A stretch of 50,672 nucleotides of DNA, the filler included, from Catajapyx aquilonaris (taxonomy: Eukaryota): NCBI GenBank assembly GCA_000934665.2. It is 2 parts of 2 records of this genome, joined end to end, with 100 filler letters (N's around TTAATTAATTAA, not from the genome) between each part and the next. Parts side by side here need not be neighbours in the genome. Positions count along the whole stretch, not along the records: positions 1 to 25,256 come from KZ539348.1; 1 more part is not named here. One strand, 5' to 3'. The stretch's first letter is position 1. Each line of letters begins with the position of its first letter. Below are positions 1 to 10,700 of the stretch, piece after piece. The notes below the pieces were generated by a model, which did not search any database, was not told the DNA's origin, and saw nothing but the letters and a program-made list of their open reading frames with translations. Both the position numbers and the translations under genes were made by a program.

Positions 1-462
1 CGCAAGATGTTGTGCGGTATTGCTCTGAATATCCAGGATAACGTTAGAAATCGGCTCGCAAGTGATTCAATCAATATGTCGGCGACTGTACCTATAGTGC
101 AAACCTGTCAATTACGGAAAATTTTTAGGGTCCCTTACAAGTTCACCAGGCTTCATTGTAGACTTTCTAAACCCATGTAAAGGGGTAAATAACAGGGGTC
201 GGACAATCAGGTGAAGCTTGGGTGAATCTCGTATGCTGAGAGGGTAAACACTAAATACCCATGTAAATCAGAGGAAATCTAGGATGATTCATGGTGAACC
301 ATGTATGGTTCTGTTAAAATGCCCCATCCCTTGGGTACACAGTGCAAAGGCATGCAATTTTAGGGTGAATGGTGTCAAACTCCAGAAATAAAATAAATAT
401 AATGGATAAGCCAGGTTGAAGTTCAATGCATCTCACTATCCTTTACTCCTTGGCACTTTTAA

Positions 463-1262
463 CCCCTTCAGCCCCAGATCGGCCCGAACCACACAGTTTT
501 CGGCTTACGCGTACTCCAAAGATATGGACAAGATATTTTGCAAATAATAACAGCTATACTTACGAGATCTGGGTAAACCCTATGAATGTGTCTGGAACCA
601 TTTTACTCGTCTAGAAATCCCTAAATTAATTTCCAAAAAAGGGCTATAATAACTCGAAATTGGACTACTGCCGCCCAACTTTTAGGCTGATTTAATTATG
701 AAATGCGTGAAAATATGCGGAATAACAACTTTGAGAACCATACCAGAGGAATTTGCTGAAATCGTCGTGCTTTGCGAGAAATTAATTAATACTTATTTGC
801 GGCTTCGCTGGCAAACTCGGAAACTTCGGAAAACTTCCAAATTTATTTGCTTCTCATGAAGTACGACCATTGCAGCAAATCATCTCATACTCATTTGGGA
901 GTTTTCCTAAGTGACAGAAAGCCGCAAATTAAGTATTAATTAATTTCTCGCAAAGTACGACGATTTCAGCAAATTCCTCTGGTATGGTTCTCAAGGTTGT
1001 TATGCCGCATATTTTCACGCATTTCATAATTAAATCAGCCTAAAAGTTGGGCGGCAGTAGTCCAATTTCGAGTTATTATAGCCCTTTTTTGGAAATTAAT
1101 TTAGGGACTTCTAGACGAGTAAAATGGTTCCAGACACATTCATAGGGTTTTCCCAGATCTCGTAAGTATAGCTGTTATTATTTGCAAAATATCTTGTCCG
1201 TATCTTCGGAGTACGCGTAAGCAGAAAACTGTGTGGTTCGGGCCGATCTGGGGCTGAAGGGG
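463..1262. mobile_element. piggyBac-type fold-back MITE with TIRs of about 340 bp, probably within an MTCH2 intron
   Basis: TTAA at 459-462 and 1263-1266. Ends are CCCCTTCAGCCCCAGATCGG and CCGATCTGGGGCTGAAGGGG. The arms (463-~805, ~920-1262) are near-identical reverse complements. Confidence 0.9.
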
Positions 1263-1851
1263 TTAATGGCCGATCTACACATGTTGCATCAGGCACACAC
1301 AACATAGTTTGAACAGTGATGACCATGACCAATGACATTGGTACACTGTCCAGCTGGGGAATGACTAGTAGTTCAGGCCACATCCAACACTTCTGAAGTT
1401 CTGAGTTTGATCCTCATGATCAGATAGAGGTCTTTCTCACGTGAAAAGAGTTTCATGGTTTCTCTCTGTGCCCACATGGATTTTCAAGTGTTCTCCCATG
1501 TCCTCCCACAATCAAAATCCATTAACAGCTCAATTAGTGAACAAAGCTGGGTCTTAAAAGAAGTGCTACAGTGGTTAGGAAAAAAACTAAAGATTATTAT
1601 GGAGGAGAGAAGTGTACAGTAGTGATACAAGTGCAAGGAGTTGGGGGAGGGGAATACCATTGATGTGCAGTTTCCAATTCCCATAACTTGATTCCATTTG
1701 GGATTCTGTCATAATTCTAGATGTAAGCATATGTACTGTGACACGTAACAGCGATAGAATGCTATGTCTCATTGAGAAACTCAATTATGCCATTTGTACC
1801 CTTCCCTTGTCAGTGATAAAGTAGGCAACAACTGAATAATGGAAAACTCAC

Positions 1852-4800
1852 CCCGAGTTATTGACAGCCATGCAGGTGCTCACTACTGTGCAGGGGTAGG
1901 TGATGGCAGTGGCAAAGAACTGAAAGAGAAAATTAAGTGATTAAGTCAAACTGAGATTGCATAAATACACAGTACTCCCGATTATACAGGTGGGGATTAT
2001 CAGTGTTTTCAGATTTTCCAGGCACACCCATTATTTCATTAGCATGGACAATGTGGAGTACAGTGTATGGAAATAAATGAAACATATTGAAAATGACACT
2101 GTACTTGAGCAGTACTGCAATATTCAAATTAAATAATAATAACAATAATAATAATAATAATTCATACCCCGTTATCAGCCTTTTTCGGCTCTTTAGGGGG
2201 GAAGTTTTCTTTTGCCTGGAACTCTTTGCTTTCATTTTACTGCACTTTTTGGGATGGGATAGGGACGGAAGGAATCGGCTGTGGCCTGTTAATTACGGAA
2301 ACAACTCCGGAATTATCCTGGAAGGACCGTGGGAAACCTCAGAAAACCACGGTCAGAGTTGCAGGCCCCGGGATTCGAACCCAGGACCTCCCGATTAGCA
2401 GTCGGACGCCTTATCCACTATGCCAACCTGCTTCGGTGAGCAATATTCAAATTTCACATACTGATATGGCAAGAAGATTATTGCACACTTAACAAAGTAA
2501 ACCAACTTTGAAAACTTATCACAACCCAAATACTGCTCACTGAAAAATTCAATATAACAGTGTAGTTTTTCAACACTCTACAGTACATCAAGCAAGAGAA
2601 ACATGAAATATCACCTGTTTGCTATATTTGAACATTGCCCAGCCCTACTTCCAGATCAATTGAATCATGGAAATCAAAACCACGCTATGTTGCATTTTCA
2701 AGATTTGCTAATCTCAACCTTATTGAATGTAGCCTATAATAACGAAAATTCAGATCTCACATACGTGATATTGGTATCCACGGAAAGATGCGGCAAAACT
2801 GTCGACATACCAGGTGGTACGACCCCCTTGTGTTGAATGGCGACTGAATGGCAAGCGACAGTTGGACACCTCCCCCCCAGGTGGTTCGAGGAACGTCGTT
2901 CAAGCAGGAGCCATATGGTGACGAGCGGGACTTCACCCCAAACTTCACATGGTTTTACGCTCCATGAAATGTTGAGTAAAAGGAATAAAAGTGGATCAAG
3001 GAATAGCATGGAATCTAAGTACACTGGAATCCAGATTTCTTCGGTCCAGTGACACATGTGGTCTTCTAAATACTTAGAGAGATGTGTCGCATATTAGGAC
3101 CTACATTCCATGCCCTTTTTGGTCCATTCATGTTCCTTTTCACTCAGTATTGCATAGAACCTAAAACCGCGCTATGTTCAGGGTGAGTTGCAGGTGGTGC
3201 ACTACTATCAATCACTGTACATCTCCTGCTCGATTGAACTACCTGGTATGGGTTCAGTTTTGCTGGAACTATTTATCCTGCACTCTATACTTCGAATCAT
3301 GATTGCAAGTTGCATGCACGATAAATTTGATTTTCGCTCAACATAGCATGGTTTTGCATTCCACAACAGTGTGGAAATCAAAACCACGCTGTTTTTCTGG
3401 CCTCTGCGGGGGGTCCAACTGCCCCTTGCCAGTCAGTCGTCGTTCAACACAAGGGGGTCGTACCACCTGGTATGTCGACAGTTTCGGCGCATCTTTCCGT
3501 GGATACCAATATCACGCATGTGCGATCTGAATTTTCATTATTATAGGCTTCATTCAATAAGGTCGAGATTTGCAAATCTTGAAAATGCAACAGAGCAGGT
3601 TTTGATTTCCATGATTCAATTGCAGATAACTTTACACCACCTGAGCCACAGTTTGGCATTGTCTTAGATGTTGTCATTCATCTGATATTATAATAAATAG
3701 CTCTGTACTTTAAGTGCAAAGAAGGTGCATAGGCAGGAAAGTAAAGTTTTTCTCTATTTTTTTCTGTTGCCATTGAATAAGCATAGGGCATGCAGGAGTG
3801 AATGCACCAATTTAAAGTCACTCAGTGTCTCTTATTAGTCCTACAGTACTGACCGACATAGCTGGGTGCATGTAATTGCGCAAATCCTTGTCTTGAACCA
3901 CGTAGTTATTGACAAGGTACACGAGGCCACTGGCAATGCAGACGGAAGCAGCTTCTCCAACTAGCCTTGGCACAAGTCCCTGAAAGAACCCTCCCACCCC
4001 ATTTTCTCTGTACACCTCCTTGGCTGCACCAAATACTCCATTGTACACCGTCTCCCGGCCCACAAATTGTGCCACGCATCGGACTGTGATGACATGTAGG
4101 GGCTGGCTGGCAAGCAGAGCAACCAGTCGTGCGAGAAGATCACAGCACATGGAGCGGAAGTACGGTGTTCCTGAGCCTTCGGCTTCTTCATCATGCTCAG
4201 GCTTGCAGGTGCAGTCTTCAGCCTCGAACTGCTTCTTCAGCACCTCTGTGACCTTCTGGTGGGTCAGGGTGTTTACCACATTAGTTAGGACACGAGGGGT
4301 CAAACCACGATAGCATCCAAAAAAGCCATCCTGACGTTTGATATAGGCAACTGCACAGGGAAAAATGATACAGGAAATTAGAATTGCGATTACAATGTTC
4401 ATATGTTAGCAGCCTAGTGTAACCCTTAATTTACATGGTCTCATCTTATGTCACGCCACACTTACAACACTTGCTCTCTAAGGTCTGGTTGCACCTGCTC
4501 CCAAAAAATTTGTCAGCTGCAAAGTAGCCTGATATGTTTGTTGTTCATTGCTGTCAACAAATATTTCAGGAGCTGGACCTAAGCCAATCCAGACTGTTCC
4601 CATTGAGATGTCCATTTTAGTAATTTTTTTTGCCTTAAGCTGCTTATTTTGATCCAATTACTTTGAAGTTGGGCAGGGTAGCTGGGAGGGTATGTGCAAG
4701 GTGCAAGTGCAATGTCAGTGCTTGGCCATTTTGTGAACTCCCCCAAGTAGATTAGCCTAGTGGAGATTCCACTCGAGATGAAGCCAGAAATGAGGTCTCC

Positions 4801-7473
4801 TACTCTGTACAAGATGAAGGGGGAAAGCCCAGGCTTGGGATCAAACCTGGGACCCTTGCACTCACATACATTACCACAGCACCACTCCGCCTCCCAAAAT
4901 GCATATAATAAAACCCAGGCCTCTGCAGAGCTTGTCTGAGGCCCGGGGCAGGAGTCATGTTAGAGATCCCTTCTTATAATGACATAAGAAACACGTAACC
5001 AAAACAACTACTATTGACCGTCAGCATTGAAGTCACAAACGCACATGTTATTGTGGTTACATGGTTGGGAATGGGTAGCAAGTTAGCTGTCTAAGGCATA
5101 TAATGAAGTTACATTTGGAAATTAATTCTGCTTGAATTTTCTAAAAAAGCTCCCAGACTTTACAAATACACCACATTTCTCTCTCTCATATTAGCAATGT
5201 TTGCAATTTTGGTTGAAATAAATAAATGTAAAATAAATAAAATACCTTTAAACATGTCTGCATGTTTTGCCAACATTTTTGAGATATCTACACTCTACAG
5301 CATGTAAAAAATAAATTCATACTCATATCATCAATATATTCCCTGCGATTCACAGTTGCCATTGGTCGGTGTAAAGTGGAATAAAGTTATAGGCCCTAGA
5401 TTACAAAAATGTACAAAGCAGTCAATGAGATGCGGCAGTAGGTCCCGATTTCACTTGCACAAGCACAGAACAATTCGTACATCCTGAAAATGCAACCAGT
5501 CGAGATATGGAAGAGAGGAAAAGGGCACATCTTGAGTGGTCACATTTTCAGGGTGAGAGAATTAGTGTCTGTTTGGGGAAGTCTTATCGAATCCTCGCAT
5601 ATGGACAGGGGTCAAGGCATCGGCTGTGCTGTTTTCACAAATGGGCCCCCGACCGAAACAGGGCCCCCCAAATTGGCGAATTTCTATTGGGAAAAAATTG
5701 ACATTTAAAAGCCAGGATTGAATTATAGGACCCCGAGTCCCCAACCCAAAGAGGGGCCCCAAATTGGCTAATTATTATTATTGCCAAAATTTGGAAATTA
5801 AAAATCAGTATTGAAAAGGGGCCTCAAGAAATGATTGGGCCCAGAGTCCTGTAATGTGTTAAGAGGCCATTGGGATTTGGTGTTTTTCCCAGTAGTTTCT
5901 GTTGGCTGGTAGGATAAGTCCGGCCTGGGGCCCTGACGGGGCCCCCGACAGGACTTATATCTCTGAGGCTCGAGGCAAGTGTGCCCAGCTGCTCCCCCCT
6001 CTGCAGGGCCCTGGTAAAACCCCATGCACATTATCATGATTCCTCAAATCTTACCAAAAAATCTGACATGTCACCATTTTTTATATAAAAAAGTGTAAAT
6101 AATGTTCTATAGAATTATATGATTCTTCTTCCAGGAGGATGTGACATAAATAATTGCAGTGCCTTGGGATATTGTTAGATATACTGTGTACTCACTGTAT
6201 TGAAACACATTTGGTAGAAGGAGGGCATGTCTGCCCAACAGTGTCCTACCAGGCCGAGGAGGGATAGGTTCAAAACCCAACTGGAAAAGAAACAAATTAT
6301 CAAACATAAACCAATGGGCTCTCCACATTTAAAGATTTCTTGGAAAATCTTTTTTAGGAACCCAATTACCATTACACATTTAGCAACATGTACATAACAT
6401 GACTACTTATCTTGATGAATAAGTTGTGACAAGTCTGTGTTCCACAGAATTCCAGGATTCTGTGGGGCTATTCAATGAGTTTTTTGAAGGTATCTGAAGT
6501 AATGACTAATTTACAACCTGGGTAATCCGAAAAGTAACATTTTTAAAGTTCGCAAAACAGCAATGCACCCTGAGAATTTTTATTGTAGGTCTACTATAGG
6601 CCTACAACTCAAAACTGCAATTGTCTACATTTTTTCAACCTAGTTTGCAGTCAAATTCAGGCATTTGTCACAAGGTTACGTATGCCACTGTCATAGAAGT
6701 TTGCTGCCAGCTATTTCAGACAGCCCTGAACGCTGTACTGTAACTTCTCGTCATCGTCACGCCTCTGCTTTGCATACCATTTCTTCATGTGCAAGAAACA
6801 GGTGGTTACTCACTAGGTGCTAAATCTGGGCTGTAAGGATGGTGATCAAACAATTTCCACTTGAACTGTTGCAGCTGGATTCAAGCATGCATAGCAGAAT
6901 GCTGGAGGGCATTGTTGCGCAAAACACCGTGGAGCTCAACATTACCGCGACATTTACTGTGAATCACAATAAACCTTTGTGTTGACAGGGTGTTTTTCTT
7001 GCACAATGGCCGCACGCATACTGCCGTGCATACTTAAACCCAGCTACAACAGTTCAAGTGGGAATTGTTCGATCACCATCCTCACACCTCATGTACTGTG
7101 TTCAACATTGTCCATAACTACTACAAGTTCTGTGAAGTATACATTGCACCACGTTGGCATGCTTCCAAAATACATCCTGCACTGCCAACCCGAACATGTG
7201 ATCCATCGGATCCATCTATCACGAACTGACAGCTTAAATCCAAAGCATGCAAAACCTACCCTAACAAACACACCAAATTCATTCCATTGAAACGCGCCTC
7301 TCTCCCATTCCCATCCAAAAAAGAACCCCTGGTTTAACCTGCATAAGCGTCTTGGCGTAATCCATGGGGTAACATGCAGCCGATGCGGCGAGCCTGAATC
7401 CATACGAATCCCATGTTTCAGTGTGCTGCTCGGAAACCCTCCTCTTACGGTTGGGCGCCATCCCTGTCGCCAT
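1852..7473 (-). CDS. MTCH2: Mitochondrial carrier homolog 2 (MTCH2/Mtch); 3' exon(s) lie outside the window
   Basis: Exons 7473-7339 (MATGMAPN...YPMDYAKTLMQ), 6280-6196 (LGFEPIPPRPGRTLLG...PNVFQY), 4350-3854 (IAYIKRQDGFFGCYRGLTPR...QFVGRETVY...GFFQGLVPRLVGE) and 1919-1852 (FFATAITYPCTVVSTCMAVNNSG). All introns are GT-AG with consistent phases. Motifs match the MTCH family. Confidence 0.95.
2131..2439 (-). mobile_element. tRNA-derived SINE, family A, full length
   Basis: On the minus strand: A box TGGCATAGTGG, B box GGTTCGAATCC and an (ATT)n tail. 14-bp TSD GCAATATTCAAATT at 2117-2130 and 2440-2453. Confidence 0.92.
2662..3617. mobile_element. Non-autonomous TIR element, TIRs about 200 bp, AATT on both flanks
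   Basis: Ends GAATCATGGAAATCAAAACC and GGTTTTGATTTCCATGATTC. AATT at 2658-2661 and 3618-3621. Superfamily uncertain. Confidence 0.8.
4640..4895 (-). mobile_element. Decayed tRNA-headed SINE sharing the family C core
   Basis: The minus strand has a degenerate B box GGTTTGATCCC, then CCCTTCATCTTGTACAGAGT...GGAGTTCACAAAA...GACATTGCAC.TGCACCTTGCA, which matches 24316-24480. Ends approximate. Confidence 0.7.
4916..6013. mobile_element. hAT-like non-autonomous element
   Basis: 15-bp TIRs CAGGCCTCTGCAGAG / CTCTGCAGGGCCCTG (13 of 15 match). 8-bp TSD ATAAAACC / GTAAAACC. Repeated GGGCCC motifs inside. Confidence 0.7.
6512..7090 (-). mobile_element. mariner transposase relic (C-terminal part plus 3' TIR) with an inverted partial copy
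   Basis: The minus strand reads, with frameshifts, QLQQFKWKLFDHHPYSP-DLAPS..HL..HMKKW...AANFYDSGI..LV..DKCLNL...VEK. YSPDLAP is the mariner signature. A TIR-like TA...ATCCGAAAAGTAA lies near 6512-6537. Confidence 0.85.
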
Positions 7474-7788
7474 CTTTCCTACGGGCTGCCGGCACAGAGA
7501 GACGCTACTTCACCTTCGGACTAGAACCCCGGCAAGACAGAACTGGAGGGATAGAAACACGTTACCTGGTTGCTACACTCTCCCCGCTAGAGGCCGTAGT
7601 GTACCTCCTACTACAGTTCGCAGTGCCACCTGTCGGGGACTACTACGAAAGTGTTCGGAAGTCATTAGCTCAGTAGCTCCTCCTTGCCGGTTGCTTAGCA
7701 GAGAGGGGGAGTCTTTCCACGAGTCATTCAGCGTCGGGGTGTACTTTGATGGTGTTTGGCGTTTGACGGTCCTGCTTGGTGTAGAAAG
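7474..7788. promoter_or_regulatory. Bidirectional promoter and 5' UTR region shared by MTCH2 and PSMD13
   Basis: 315 bp between divergent ATGs and CpG-rich. ZNF143/STAF-like ACTACAGTTCGCAGTGC at 7610-7626. ETS-like CGGAAGT at 7656-7662. Confidence 0.8.
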
Positions 7789-10700
7789 ATGCGAGATATC
7801 GGCCAGTTTTTGAGTGAGCGTCAGGCTGCCTCCATTCCTGAGGTGTCGTCGGAGTGGACGCTGCTCGAGGAGCTCTACAACAAGAAGTACGGTTTTTTAT
7901 ACATATTTTTGTATATCACGAGTCATGGTTGCGCTTATTTGACCTGACATTTTGGGGCACACATAGGATAGGTTAATTGTGACAAACTACCGTAGATATT
8001 GGTCTATGAAAAGCGATGCAGCACATTTAGATATAGTAAAACCATGGACAAATAAAATGCAAGTTAATATTGTAATGTGCACAAAGGTAACTTGTCTATT
8101 GACTTGAAGGTCAAAGTATGTTGAATTTAAAATGAAAGATTATTTTGATATTACGAAAACAGGGGACATGACTTTGTTAACTGCGTAGTCGGCGCTGGCC
8201 ATGCCTCAACCCACACCCACTCCAGCAGTTTAGACATCTGCAGGTCGATATCTGGTTTGTAGTGCCCCGAGTAATTGTACCCAGGATGCGCTACTGGCTT
8301 TGACCTTGTGTTCTGGTATTAACACCCAGTTTTGGGAAACAAAAGGGGGCTTTTCTGTTTCCTGATCGTCATATGGATTTTTTGGGAATGGCCCTTCTGT
8401 TATTTCATGGAGATGCCATCATGCAGCAATGGACATCTGAGAATGTAGATCTGGAATTGTTCTATTGTTGACACCGTTTACTCCTTTTGTTGTGTAATGC
8501 CATATCCATCAAAATTTGAAAACTGAGAGGTTAACTAACAGAAAATATCCATCGTGACTTTCGGGAAATGGAAGAGTACCACAAAAGGATTGCATTCTCT
8601 TAATCCATATTTTGTACCTGATTATAGGACTCCAATGTACTATCAGTCCAACAAGAATTGTCGCAGCGTCAGTGCACGAACTACAATCTACGAGCACAGG
8701 GATACGAGAGACTGTAGTTCGTGCGCTGCCGCTGCGACAATTCCTGTTGGACACCAGGTACAATCAAGTTGAATAATTTAAAACCCATTTTATCCTCTCT
8801 CAACTTTCAGAAGTAATTAGTGAATGACTTGCATGAAAACAAGTATACACCATAATCTTGAAGATGAACCAAAAGAGCATTCTTCTCCAGGTTGGACACC
8901 ACGGAACTAAGACCATAACACAGTGTAGGCAAAAGGGATAGAGAATATAAGAGATTGGTGCTGCACTGGCCACCAGCACATGTTCATGGAATTCAGTATA
9001 GCCAACCAAAAGTAAACTCACTAAACCGGCCCTCAGAATGCATAGATTTCAATTTAAAAAACTATATCCCCTAAAAGGAGTGAACTGGGCTGGTGTAAGC
9101 AGTAATGTGCTGAAATTCAAGCAGGGTATGAAGGTGGAGTGCACAATACTCACAGTTTTCTTCTGGACCTCAAGATCAATGCAACTGAACTTGGCCATGA
9201 ATATAAAGGGACATTTTGGTCAACTGCAATGAGGATGACACACTGGTCGCCAAATTATTTGATATTAATCATCATCATCATCCCGACATTTCCTTATGAG
9301 GGGTAGTCAGCAATAAAGGGAGACGCAAGCTAATCCAACATATGAATAAATTAAAACTTGTGAAAATAAAACTATAAACAACCCGTCCCACCCCCCACCC
9401 CTGTCCATCTCAGACACTGAATATTAAATTTGAATATTACACTATGCAATACGATACTTCGTCAAATCAAGCCCCCNNNNNNNNNNNNNNNNNNCCCCCG
9501 CCAGCCACTACTCTGGACGCATGGAATTACGGCTGGAATTTTCTGCGAGTGATTGACCAGTGCTCCAGATATTTTTCTTTTTGGTCGTGACGAGATGATC
9601 GGGAGAACCAAGTTTTGATATTAATGATTTTATATTAATCTCGAAACCATCATAGTTTTTGTGGTTTGGGTTGTTGACCTCCACATGGTGCACAAATGGA
9701 GCTGGACCACTATGCCTGTGCCCTCCATCTCCAGTCAGAACCAGTTAAGAGTAACATTGGCAGGAGATCATGTCACCATTTTGATTTCCATTGTGAAGGG
9801 GGATTTTCTGTGAACGGAAACAAAAATCCTTTCTATTTATGTGTTGCACATGTTTCATTATAGCCGTCAAAAATTTGCATGTCCTCTGTATTTGCCCTTT
9901 CCCCCCATAAATTCCGCAATGGGCAGGTTTTCACTATGATCAAGGTCCGCTGTGAACAGGTTTCATTGTATAGGGTAATGATTTGGAACATGGATGATAT
10001 GAACACACTCTCTCATGCCTGTTTATCATATCTCTTGCTTTTACTTTGCAGATTATGGCATCAACTCACTCTTCGCCTGATGGACTTTGTGAAACATCCA
10101 GCCCTCCAGAAGGATGAGAATCTCATTGAGTTATATGAAAACTTTCTTCTGGACTTTGAAAACAAGTTGGTTTAAAAAAATGCTCAGCACAGATTGTTTT
10201 AAGCTTTAACTGTTACTAACAAATGTAAATTCATTTGAAGGATCAACCCACTGTCTCTGGTGGAGATAATATCAGATGTTGTCGACCAAATGAAGGACTC
10301 ACGACAGGCAGTTACATTTCTGGAGAAGATGGAGACTAAAGTGAAGTCTAACCAGCAGGCTGTTGCACTCTGCAAAGTTTTTGCTGGACAAATCAAGCTG
10401 CACAAGTTTGGGGATGAGGAAGGGACAAAGGTTAGTAAAGGAGAAATAGGGCATGAGGGTAAATGAATGCCTCGAGAGAAAAACGTGATAACCACCAGTG
10501 AAAAATGCAAAAGTTTTCGGCCTGATTTTTGACCGCGGAAACAAATGAAGCACGGAAGGTGTCCTCTGGTAGGAGTACCTTCAGGAGTATTCGGGAATTT
10601 TTTCCCACCTGCAGAGAGAGTCAGTTGCTGAGAGTCAGCCTGTGAGTGACCCAGGGTACGCAGCGAGTTGCATCTTGAGAGATCCATGTACCACATCATA

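Noticed and set aside
426..1383. Paired near-identical ORFs on opposite strands (also 2603/3444, 43456/43755, 44513/44883)
   Set aside because: They are the two arms of inverted-repeat elements and show no protein family features.
1..1851. Final MTCH2 exon (expected to contain a W.DCW-like motif)
   Set aside because: Not found on the minus strand by eye; it probably lies left of the window.
2087..2398. Poly-Asn, poly-Ile, poly-Leu and poly-Thr ORFs (also 24401, 39497, 44513, 44775, 49733, 49833)
   Set aside because: These are translations of trinucleotide microsatellites and retroposon tails.
2360..2439. tRNA genes at SINE heads (also 20619, 24210, 44810, 49520)
   Set aside because: There is no clean acceptor stem or terminator. 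Each head runs into a repeat body and tail, several with TSDs.
3818..4402. 194-aa ORF as a stand-alone carrier gene
   Set aside because: It is MTCH2 exon 3 (4350-3854) plus in-frame intron sequence.
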